From an uncultured Verrucomicrobiales bacterium (GTDB lineage Bacteria; Verrucomicrobiota; Verrucomicrobiia; Verrucomicrobiales; DEV007), in NCBI GenBank assembly GCA_938091905.1, contig CALKOM010000084.1, forward strand, positions 1 to 64,000: a stretch of DNA of 64,000 nt, in the 5' to 3' direction. The stretch's first letter is position 1; every line of letters starts with the position of its first letter. A program made the translations under genes and the position numbers. Below the pieces are notes generated by a model. It was not told the origin of the DNA. It saw nothing but the letters and a program-made list of their open reading frames with translations, and ran no database searches. This document shows positions 10,100 through 18,645 of the stretch, piece by piece.

Positions 10100-10843
10100 C
10101 TATCGCCCAATCCCACGGCCATCGCCTTGCGTCGTGTCAACGGGAGAAATGGCCAGGCGGCAGTACGGAAAAGACGCCCAGGCTTCTCCCCTTTCCTTGG
10201 GACCGGCCCACGCTCTTGAGCCCGTTGTCGGGGTAACTTGCCAGGAGATTCTCTTGTCCCCAGCAAAATAGGCGGCCGTCGACTGATTCTGCCAAGTCAC
10301 AAGATCGCCCGATTGAAACCATTGATAGGTAAAGTTTTCGATAGGAGTCGTGACGGCTTGCAGCAATGGGTCCTCCATGTCTGCAGCGTGTCGCCGCGCT
10401 TCTTCCCTGGTCAAGGCCACGCTTTCGACTAGCCCATAGTATTCAATTGAGAGCGCAAGCTTAGGAATCAAATCTAGCAAACTCCTATCTTCCCCCTCCT
10501 TAACTCGGGCAGCTTCTTCTTCACAACCAGCAAAAGTTTTCTGAGGCGATGTTAGCGCTGCATCCTCATCTGTAAAGACTTGCGCAGCGAGCGCTCCCGC
10601 TTCCCTCGCTGAAACTAGAAGCTGTCCAAGAAGAGGCTGCGTCTCGACAAGTTTTTCATATTGAACAACCAGGGCTCCCGCCTGTTGGAATGGCACCATT
10701 GCTAGCCGCCGATTGCCCTCGGCAACCCGCAATAACCGTGCCTCCAACTCAGACTGAGCCATCACCGCACCGGACGGGGTCAAGGCAACAAGAATCCACC
10801 ACATCTGGCCTATCATGAGAAAAATCGTAAAAAGCCCGGCCAC
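10100..10843 (-). CDS. Hypothetical exported protein
   Basis: 247-aa ORF filling the gap between co-oriented genes; hydrophobic N-terminus; start uncertain. Confidence 0.55.
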   Translation of the reverse strand: MAGLFTIFLMIGQMWWILVALTPSGAVMAQSELEARLLRVAEGNRRLAMVPFQQAGALVVQYEKLVETQPLLGQLLVSAREAGALAAQVFTDEDAALTSPQKTFAGCEEEAARVKEGEDRSLLDLIPKLALSIEYYGLVESVALTREEARRHAADMEDPLLQAVTTPIENFTYQWFQSGDLVTWQNQSTAAYFAGDKRISWQVTPTTGSRAWAGPKERGEAWASFPYCRLAISPVDTTQGDGRGIGR

Positions 10844-10880
10844 TTGGTCAAGCCGGACCGAGCCGATTCAAACTTACTAC

Positions 10881-12242
10881 CTAAGGGGAGGCCGAGGCCT
10901 TGTTCTTCTTGCTCATGGTTTTCCGAGTCTCGGCGCCGACTTTGGAGAGAAAGCCATCGAGCTTTCTCTCGAGATCCTTCCGCACGTCAGGCATCTTCTG
11001 AGAAAGATTGCGAGCTTCGGATCGATCCTGAGAAAGATCGAACAATTCCACCTGCTTCTGTTCCCAATGTTTCACCAGCTTGAAATCTCCCTCGCGAATT
11101 GCCGATTGAGCCTTCCGAGCCACCGCTTGATGAAAAATCAAGAATGGCCGAGCCCGCGTCACCGTATCGCCACCACAAAGCACCGGCCTTAAACTCCCAC
11201 CATCAAGTGAATCAGGAAGGGGACTCCGATAATCTGCGAGATCAGCGAGGGTCGGCAGGATATCCAATCCCGTCACTGGCACTCGCGAAAGGCTCCCTTG
11301 TTTCACACCTGGACCGACAACTACAAACGGCACGCGAATGCCGCCTTCGTAAACGCTACCTTTGCCATCACGGAGTGGATGATTCAACGGCAACTTCGCC
11401 TCAGGAGCCATCGGGATCGCCTCTCGACCACCATTATCGGAAAGAAAGAAGACATAGGTTGACTCCTTGATACCAAGAGACTCCACCTTATCTAACACCT
11501 CGCCTACCGCTCGATCGACATCGTCTGTCATTGCCGCAAATTCTGCCATCGTATGCTTTGTACCCGGTGGTCTCGCCTTAGCCCGGGCCATTGCGCCCTT
11601 GGAGTAGAAGATATCCAAATGGACCGCATAGTGCGAAAGCTGTACATAAAATGGCCGCTCGGCTGAGACTTGGTTCTCCATGAAGGTTAATGCTCGGGAC
11701 GTGATCCCTCCAATTAGCTTAGGGTCTGCAGCAACTGCGGGACCGCCCGATCCCTTGCCCCCTCCCGTGTCATTGCCAGTTTTTCCATCACTCACGTCAT
11801 AACCCATCTCTTCAGGCGAGACACCGTCGAAGCGCGAATCCCATTTGCCAAAGTGCGCTGTTACATAATGTGCATCAACGGCTTTCAACATTCTTGGAAT
11901 ACTGAGCTGTTTCCGGTATTTCGTAGGCCAGCTCTTCTGGTCTTTCTGATAGAGATGACGGGCAGGGGTCTGCCCAACAAGTAAGCTGCGACGGGTAGGA
12001 CAGCAGAAAGGCGCAGGGGCATAACCATCCGTGAACGACACCCCTATCGAGGCCAGACGCTCTAGGTTCGGCGTTTGGTAGTAGTCGCTCTTGGACCTCG
12101 GATCCTTCGGATCAATCTGCAATGATGTCCCCACCCAGCTCTGATCGTCCGTTAGGATCACAATAAAGTTTGGCTTTTCCTCACTATGAGAGTGGCACAA
12201 GAGGAAGGCCCCAATGAGAGCAAGAGAAGTAAAGAATCGCAT
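10881..12242 (-). CDS. Formylglycine-dependent sulfatase (S1 family)
   Basis: PNFIVILTDD, CCPTR (CxPxR), GKW, SDNGG, GKGSVYEGGIRVP; signal peptide. Confidence 0.93.
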   Translation of the reverse strand: MRFFTSLALIGAFLLCHSHSEEKPNFIVILTDDQSWVGTSLQIDPKDPRSKSDYYQTPNLERLASIGVSFTDGYAPAPFCCPTRRSLLVGQTPARHLYQKDQKSWPTKYRKQLSIPRMLKAVDAHYVTAHFGKWDSRFDGVSPEEMGYDVSDGKTGNDTGGGKGSGGPAVAADPKLIGGITSRALTFMENQVSAERPFYVQLSHYAVHLDIFYSKGAMARAKARPPGTKHTMAEFAAMTDDVDRAVGEVLDKVESLGIKESTYVFFLSDNGGREAIPMAPEAKLPLNHPLRDGKGSVYEGGIRVPFVVVGPGVKQGSLSRVPVTGLDILPTLADLADYRSPLPDSLDGGSLRPVLCGGDTVTRARPFLIFHQAVARKAQSAIREGDFKLVKHWEQKQVELFDLSQDRSEARNLSQKMPDVRKDLERKLDGFLSKVGAETRKTMSKKNKASASP

Positions 12243-12352
12243 CGCTTGGTTCTATAGTTTCACGTTATTGGCAAAACGTCGAATTCATTCAGGACATTCC
12301 TAAACCCACATTTCGATCTGGATTGTCTCTACACATTCTTTATGTCTAGTTC

Positions 12353-14221
12353 ATGGCTTTCGAAACCGGCTTCCTCTATGCGTTTATCTATCTGGCAACA
12401 GCACTGGTGGCAGTGTTGGTAGGCAAATGGACAGGGGCAGGTGCAGTTTTGGGATACTTAGCAGCAGGAGCTGCGATTGGGCCATGGGGCCTTGGTTTAA
12501 TCGGCGGAGCGGAGGGAGAAGACGTCACACACTTTGCAGAATTTGGCGTCGTGCTCATGTTATTTTTGATTGGGTTAGAGTTACGTCCGAAGATGCTCTG
12601 GCGCATGCGCCGTCCATTACTCGGTCTAGGAGGTGGTCAGGTCGCCCTTTCGGCTACCGCACTTACCGGCATTGGACTTCTGTGTGGACTCGATTGGAAA
12701 GAAGCCTTGGCTGTTGGTCTAATACTCGCACCCTCCAGTACTGCAATTGTCTTGCAGTCGTTGGCAGAGCGCGGCTTGCGGCGCTCTGATCCAGGGAACG
12801 ACGCTTTCTCCGTTCTTCTCTTTCAGGATGTCGCCGTCATTCCGATCATCGCTCTGTTACCCCTTCTAGGAACAGGAGGCGCCCATACGATGGAGGATGC
12901 TCATAGCTCTGTCGCCTGGCTAGAGCAACTCGGACCAATGGTACGTGCTTTAGTTACCCTCGCCGCCATCATCGCCGTGATTGCCCTGTCCTGGCTAGGC
13001 ATGCGCCCCCTCTTTCGAGCCGTGGCCGGGACCAAGCAGCGTGAGGCGTTCACGGCTGCCGCGCTATTGCTCGTCATCGGCGTTGCTCTCGTCATGACCA
13101 AAGTGGGACTGTCGGCCGCGCTAGGCGCCTTCATCGCCGGCGTGGTCCTGGCCGGAAGCGAGTACCGGCACGAACTCGAAGCAGACCTCGACCCTTTCAA
13201 AGGCCTTTTATTGGGACTCTTCTTTATTGGTGTTGGTATGGGAATCGACTTTGGCCACATTGGTAGCAACCTGGGCCTGGTGTTAGGCCTTACACTTACG
13301 CTTGTGCTCGCAAAGGGAGTGGTCATCTTTCTACTCGCTCGCTTCAATGGTTCGGACAATGCTGGGGCCTACTTGGTCGCTGCCGCTCTTGCCGCTGGAG
13401 GTGAGTTTGCCTTCGTTCTTATCAAAGTGGCGCAAGGCGCTGGAGTCATCGCCGGCACAACCGCTCCTACCGTCGTGGCAGCCGTCGCTCTTTCTATGGC
13501 GGCGACGCCTCTCTTGATTCTTCTCTTTGGCCACGCCTACCATCACTCTAAGGCTATTAAAAATAGTAGCAGTGACCTGCCTGAGCGCCAACCTGATGTG
13601 ACTGATGAAGGCGCGCCTGTCATTATCTGTGGGTTCGGCCGCTTTGGACATACGGTGGGTCGCTTGCTCCGGGGCCAGGGCTTCGCCTGCTCTGTGCTCG
13701 ACCGTGATGCTGAACAAGTCGATCTTTTACGCGACCTCGGCATCCCCATTCATTACGGAGACGCCGCTCGCCCAGATCTTCTCACTGCAGCGGGAGCTGC
13801 TGATGCGAAGGTGCTTGTCGTGGCACTCAAGGATCAGGACGCGGCACTAAAAATTGCGCAAACTGCTCGTGAGTTCTACCCCCATCTCCAGATCTTCCTG
13901 CGCGCCCATGGCCGTGTCGATGCTTACGAGTTCATCGATGCAGGCGAGGAACTGATCTACCGCGATACGTTAGACTCCTCTCTCCGCATGGGAACTGACA
14001 TTCTCAAACACCTTGGTATGGACGAAACCGACGCCACTCGAGCGACCGCGCTCTACCGCAAAGGTGACGAGGCTGCCATGCGAGAGATCGCAGCTCATCG
14101 CCACGACCGCAAGCGATTCATGAGTGTCGGTCGCGAAGCCGTGCGCGCCCTCGATGAACTCATGCGCCGCGAGAGCCCCTGTGTCGACACTGACGAAGAA
14201 CCTAACAAGCCTCAGGAATAG
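12353..14221 (+). CDS. kefC: KefB/KefC-type K+ efflux antiporter (CPA2 + KTN domain)
   Basis: AEFGVVLMLFLIGLEL, SEYRHELEADLDPFKGLLLGLFF, GFGRFG, YGDAARPDLL. Confidence 0.88.
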   Translation: MAFETGFLYAFIYLATALVAVLVGKWTGAGAVLGYLAAGAAIGPWGLGLIGGAEGEDVTHFAEFGVVLMLFLIGLELRPKMLWRMRRPLLGLGGGQVALSATALTGIGLLCGLDWKEALAVGLILAPSSTAIVLQSLAERGLRRSDPGNDAFSVLLFQDVAVIPIIALLPLLGTGGAHTMEDAHSSVAWLEQLGPMVRALVTLAAIIAVIALSWLGMRPLFRAVAGTKQREAFTAAALLLVIGVALVMTKVGLSAALGAFIAGVVLAGSEYRHELEADLDPFKGLLLGLFFIGVGMGIDFGHIGSNLGLVLGLTLTLVLAKGVVIFLLARFNGSDNAGAYLVAAALAAGGEFAFVLIKVAQGAGVIAGTTAPTVVAAVALSMAATPLLILLFGHAYHHSKAIKNSSSDLPERQPDVTDEGAPVIICGFGRFGHTVGRLLRGQGFACSVLDRDAEQVDLLRDLGIPIHYGDAARPDLLTAAGAADAKVLVVALKDQDAALKIAQTAREFYPHLQIFLRAHGRVDAYEFIDAGEELIYRDTLDSSLRMGTDILKHLGMDETDATRATALYRKGDEAAMREIAAHRHDRKRFMSVGREAVRALDELMRRESPCVDTDEEPNKPQE

Positions 14222-14809
14222 CGGATCCTTGACCCAATAAAGCCACCTAGCACAGCCCCACACACGGCGACACCACATACACGGTGAGCCAACCGACACC
14301 ATTCGTAGTGAACGGGATTTCCTTCCATCCGACCAGGAACGAAAAGAAGCGTTGAGCCAGGTCGCGAGCGGGATTGAACCCTGCTTGAGTCAGTGGAGCA
14401 AAGATGCAAATAAGAGTAATTAGGGTGATGCCAAGAGCGATCGGCACGAGCGGACCGGGGGCCCCTTCATTCTTTCGCGACATGAAGCCGAAGATGGCCA
14501 AGGTGAGCAAAGCAGCTCCTAACGCTTCAGCAAAACACGCAGTACTATGGGGCACCATTTGCCGAGTAGCTTTCGCTAGCGGCTTGGCACCGGGATTGGG
14601 AAAGTATTCTCCGAAGATCATCGCACTCGCTTCGCTCCCGTGAGATAGATGGCGATGCTCAGTCCGAGCCCCCACACGATGGCGACTTGGAACAGACCCA
14701 TATTTGCACCCAGGGCGACAGACGTGGCCACTGAACCACAACCAAAGAAGACCAGCAGAAAGGTCCCGAGTAGTTCCCCCTGAATCCAGCTAGCTTGGCG
14801 TTCACTCAT
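14212..14809 (-). pseudogene. MIP/aquaglyceroporin (AqpS/GlpF-like arsenite channel), disrupted
   Basis: N-terminal part (ELLGTFLLVFFGCG..WGLGLSIAIYLTGA) and C-terminal part (MIFGEYFPNP..FNPARDL) are in different frames. The first NPA motif and the following helix are missing. A second 1-nt frameshift in a G-run near 14258 separates VVSPCVG from GAVLGGFIG. Confidence 0.85.
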
Positions 14810-14823
14810 GACTTTCGTTAGGA

Positions 14824-15261
14824 TTATTTCGAGAATGCCATCCGGTAGCCCGCAGCGTAGGCCTCGAACGTGTTACGAATCAAGTCACGCACTTCTCGGA
14901 ATACGGCCATGACCTCTTCATCACTGCCTTCTGCCTGAGCAGGATCAATAAATCCCCAGTGATAACGTTTCACGTCTCCAGGAAATATCGGGCACACATT
15001 CTTAGCATTACCACAAACCGTCACAACAGAATCAATTGACTCCTCAAGAAAGAGTTCGAGAGACTTTGATTCGTGTGCTGAAATATCAATGCCTATCTCT
15101 TTCATTACAGTGATCGCCATGGGGTGAACATAGCCCACAGGTTCGGAGCCGGCACTGCGAACCTCAAAGAAATCTCCACCCGCATGACGAAGGATTCCTT
15201 CGGCCATGTGACTGCGACATGAATTGCCAGTACAAAGAATGAGAACAATAGATTTGGACAT
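14824..15261 (-). CDS. arsC: Thioredoxin-dependent arsenate reductase (LMW-PTP fold)
   Basis: CTGNSCRS P-loop, TVC.NAKNVCP, HWGFIDP; lies between arsR and the channel gene. Confidence 0.9.
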   Translation of the reverse strand: MSKSIVLILCTGNSCRSHMAEGILRHAGGDFFEVRSAGSEPVGYVHPMAITVMKEIGIDISAHESKSLELFLEESIDSVVTVCGNAKNVCPIFPGDVKRYHWGFIDPAQAEGSDEEVMAVFREVRDLIRNTFEAYAAGYRMAFSK

Positions 15262-15268
15262 AGAATGG

Positions 15269-15660
15269 TTAGGTGATCGTTAGGCAACAGGCAGAGGCTA
15301 GCGTAGTTTGGCTAACGGATTTGGGGCAGGCTTGATTGTCATCCACAAGTCGCTTCAGAATGGCAGCGAGTCTTGCATTGTCCTCTTCAAAAGGCAGCGT
15401 CGTCTCCTTAGATGGCAGGAGGCTTGCGAGATTGTCGGTTAAGATAGGAGGAACCGGTTCCGTCAGGCGATAGATCATCCCGTTTGCCTCGCGCTCAACG
15501 GTGAGCACCCCTAGTCGCCTCATGTAGATGAGAGGCTTGGAAATCTTCACCTGATCTAGCCCAAGCACTTCCATGAAATGGCACCCGCATAGGGGCCCCG
15601 CTTCAAGCAAATTGAGGATGCGAGCTCGGCTCGCATCTCCCAGGCACTTGTAACTCCAAT
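15269..15660 (-). pseudogene. arsR: ArsR/SmtB family repressor, 5' end probably degenerate
   Basis: YKCLGDASRARILNLLEAGPLCGCHF..KISKPL.Y; C-terminal CC. The only in-frame start in the track (15721) reads through an AT-rich inverted repeat, and a TTG just upstream of YKCL is out of frame. Confidence 0.65.
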
Positions 15661-15693
15661 AATATTCTTTTTTTAGAATATTAAAAAAAGAAT
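15660..15693. promoter_or_regulatory. Candidate ArsR operator: two overlapping perfect inverted repeats
   Basis: TAATATTCT-N6-AGAATATTA (15660-15683) and ATTCTTTTTTTA-N6-TAAAAAAAGAAT (15664-15693), directly 5' of arsR. Confidence 0.55.
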
Positions 15694-15753
15694 GCAGGTT
15701 AAGCGAATCTTTATCGATCAAGACATCCGCTCCCGGGGTTTATTCGCCAGTCC

Positions 15754-18645
15754 ATGAAGAATCTCACAACTACCTGCTTTCTACTCCTAGCCTCGCTCTT
15801 TCCTCTTTGTGCCCAGGACGCGGCGCAAACGCCCAAATGGATCTGGGCCGACAAAGACGCCAAATCCGAAACGATCTACGCGCGCCGTGCCTGGACATTA
15901 AACAAGCAACCAGACCAGGCGACCCTTTCAATCACCTGTGACAATGGCTTCACGGCATTCATCAACGGAAAGAAGGTCGGCAGTGGTGATGCCTGGGAGA
16001 CCCACTATAAGTTCAACATCTCCAAGCACCTGAAACCCGGCGACAATGTCATCGCCGTGCAAGCTACAAATGAAGGCAGTGTTGCTGGGCTGATCGCCAG
16101 GCTCACCACGGATACGCAAACCCTCGTCACTGATGCCGAGTGGCACGTTTCCGGAGCGAAGCGCGATGGCTGGAAAGCACCCAGTGTGAACACCGAGGAC
16201 TGGCAAAAGCCAGTAATTGTCGGTAAGTTAGGAGACCGCCCCTGGGGCAACGTGTTTGGCAAGAACTCGTCTGCGGGCGTTACGGCAAGTTCAAAGAGTA
16301 AGGCGACCGTCCATCCGAAAGGTTTCCAGGTTGAGATGATCTATGACGTCCCGAAAGGCGAACAAGGCTCCTGGGTGTCCATGGCCATCGATGAAGAAGG
16401 TCGACTCTATTGTTCAGACCAAGGAGACAAAGGCATTTATCGCGTGACGATGGCAGACCAAGGCGAGCCAAAGGTTGAGCGGCTTCCACTTGAGATCACG
16501 GGGGCGCACGGCCTACTCTGGGCCTTTGACAGTCTTTATGTGTGTGTCAACGGCGGGGGAGTCGCTGGGCGCGGGTCTGGATTGTATCGGATTACGGATT
16601 CAAACAGTGATGGCGAGCTCGATGAAATCACTGCTCTCCGCAAGATGCAAGGTGGCGGTGAACATGGCCCTCACGCGGTGGTCCTCTCTCCCGATGGCGA
16701 GTCCCTCTTTGTCCTCGGCGGGAACCACACCAAACCACCCGCTCCAGAATCCTCCTCGGTTGTGCCGAACTACGCTGAAGATCAGCTTCTCCCGCGTAGC
16801 CCAGATGCCCGGGGTCACGCAGCAAGCATCCGCGCCCCTGGCGGCTGGATTGCCAAGACCGATCCCGATGGCGAAGCCTGGGACTTCTTCTGCTCCGGCT
16901 TCCGCAACCAGTATGACATCGCATTCAACTCGGACGGCGAGATGTTCACCTACGACTCCGACATGGAGTGGGATAGTGGCATGCCTTGGTATCGACCCAC
17001 GCGCATCTATCATTGCACTAGCGGCGCCGAATTCGGCTGGCGTACGGGCACTGGGAAGTGGCCGGCTTGGTATCCCGATGCGCTGCCTCCATCATTAGAC
17101 ATTGGCCCAGGATGCCCAACAGGTGTCATGTCAGGACGCGGAGCGAAATTCCCTGCCAAATATCAGAATGCCATCTACGCTTTCGATTGGACCTACGGAA
17201 CGATCTACGCAATTCACCTGACCCCGCAAGGGTCCACCTATGCCGCCACGAAAGAAGAGTTCGTCACCGGCGTGCCTTTGAACGTTACGGATGGCGTGAT
17301 CGGTAAAGATGGAAACTTCTACTTCGCGGTGGGCGGACGTGGAACGAATTCCGCACTCTACCGTGTGAGCTACCGTGGGAACGCTCCGACTGAGTTGGCA
17401 AACGGCAGCAACAAGCTGGGCTGGACGGAGCGCAATATTAGACATGAGTTAGAAAAGTTTCACGGTAGGGTAGATTCCAAAGCCGTCGACGCGGCTTGGA
17501 CTAGTCTTGGGCACAACGATCGCTTCATCCGTTACGCGGCACGTACCGCAATTGAACATCAGCCCGTTTCAGAATGGCGGGAGCGGGCGCTTAACGAGCC
17601 TAACCCCCAGGCAAGACTCACTGCGTTGCTGGCGTTGGCACGCCAAGGCGAGAAGAGCGATCAGCCCGCATTGTTGAATCAATTAAGCCGCTTGCCACTC
17701 GCAGACATGCCCGAGGCTCAACAACTAGAAGCCCACCGCGTGCTGTCGCTCTGCTTTATCCGCATGGGCCGACCAGCCCCCGAGCTTGCCAAAGCCTTCA
17801 CAGAAGCAATCCTTCCTTACTACCCGGCTGCAACCGACGCTCTCAATCGCGAGTTTGTCGCCATGCTTGTCTATCTAAACGCACCTGAAGTGGTGGCACG
17901 AACCGTGCCTCTGCTAGATCAAGATGCCGTCAGCCTCGAAGAGATCGAGTTTGATGATGCCCTTCTAAATAGATCCAGAGGCTACGGCGGCACCTTTCTA
18001 AAACAGAAAGAGAGCAATCCACAACGACAGCAGATTCACTACGTCTATGCCTTAAAGAACGCGACCGAAGGATGGACACCTAAGCTGAGGAAGGACTACT
18101 TCACGTGGTTCGCCAAAGCACGGAATTTCAAGGGTGGCGCCAGCTTCGAAGGCTTTATTGAGAATTTCCGCAAAGAATCCCTAGAAAAGATCTCTGACCC
18201 AGTCGAACGCGCTGCCATGGATGCCTTGAGCAAAGCAGAAGTCCGCCTCGTTCCTGAAGGCTTTGAACAAGCACGCAAAGAAACGATCGGCATGCTCGCG
18301 AACATGAAGTATAACAAAGACACCTTAATAGCTAAAGCAGGCAGCAAACTCGCTCTCGCGGTTATCAACGATGATCCCATGAAGCTAATGCATAACTTGG
18401 CTTTGTTAGCACCTGATAGCTTAGAGAAGGTTCTCAAAGCTTCGATCGATATCGGCCCCGAGGCCATCGAACAGGACTTCATTCCCACGATCCCCGAAGT
18501 GCTTGCATCGACGCCGCAGATCGCACCCGGACGTCAGTATGTGCTGTATATTGACGTGCCAAAGACGCCTGGTGAGTATCCCTACGTTTGCACCTATCCA
18601 GGACACGGCCAGCTCATGCGCGGCGTCCTGACCGTCACGCCTTAG
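15754..18645 (+). CDS. Secreted PVC-type glucose/sorbosone-dehydrogenase-like propeller + HEAT-repeat protein with a C-terminal type-1 blue copper domain
   Basis: Signal peptide; KWIW..CDNGFTAFING beta-sandwich; GGGEHGPHA, GFRNQYD, YDSDMEWD.G.PWYRP; MHNL...CTYPGHGQLM copper ligands; no CxxCH. Confidence 0.82.
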   Translation: MKNLTTTCFLLLASLFPLCAQDAAQTPKWIWADKDAKSETIYARRAWTLNKQPDQATLSITCDNGFTAFINGKKVGSGDAWETHYKFNISKHLKPGDNVIAVQATNEGSVAGLIARLTTDTQTLVTDAEWHVSGAKRDGWKAPSVNTEDWQKPVIVGKLGDRPWGNVFGKNSSAGVTASSKSKATVHPKGFQVEMIYDVPKGEQGSWVSMAIDEEGRLYCSDQGDKGIYRVTMADQGEPKVERLPLEITGAHGLLWAFDSLYVCVNGGGVAGRGSGLYRITDSNSDGELDEITALRKMQGGGEHGPHAVVLSPDGESLFVLGGNHTKPPAPESSSVVPNYAEDQLLPRSPDARGHAASIRAPGGWIAKTDPDGEAWDFFCSGFRNQYDIAFNSDGEMFTYDSDMEWDSGMPWYRPTRIYHCTSGAEFGWRTGTGKWPAWYPDALPPSLDIGPGCPTGVMSGRGAKFPAKYQNAIYAFDWTYGTIYAIHLTPQGSTYAATKEEFVTGVPLNVTDGVIGKDGNFYFAVGGRGTNSALYRVSYRGNAPTELANGSNKLGWTERNIRHELEKFHGRVDSKAVDAAWTSLGHNDRFIRYAARTAIEHQPVSEWRERALNEPNPQARLTALLALARQGEKSDQPALLNQLSRLPLADMPEAQQLEAHRVLSLCFIRMGRPAPELAKAFTEAILPYYPAATDALNREFVAMLVYLNAPEVVARTVPLLDQDAVSLEEIEFDDALLNRSRGYGGTFLKQKESNPQRQQIHYVYALKNATEGWTPKLRKDYFTWFAKARNFKGGASFEGFIENFRKESLEKISDPVERAAMDALSKAEVRLVPEGFEQARKETIGMLANMKYNKDTLIAKAGSKLALAVINDDPMKLMHNLALLAPDSLEKVLKASIDIGPEAIEQDFIPTIPEVLASTPQIAPGRQYVLYIDVPKTPGEYPYVCTYPGHGQLMRGVLTVTP

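Noticed and set aside
14600..14650. Programmed frameshift in the aquaporin gene
   Set aside because: The frame change coincides with loss of the first NPA region, and a second frameshift exists
15661..15721. arsR start at 15721
   Set aside because: It reads through the AT-rich inverted repeats and yields a non-ArsR-like N-terminus
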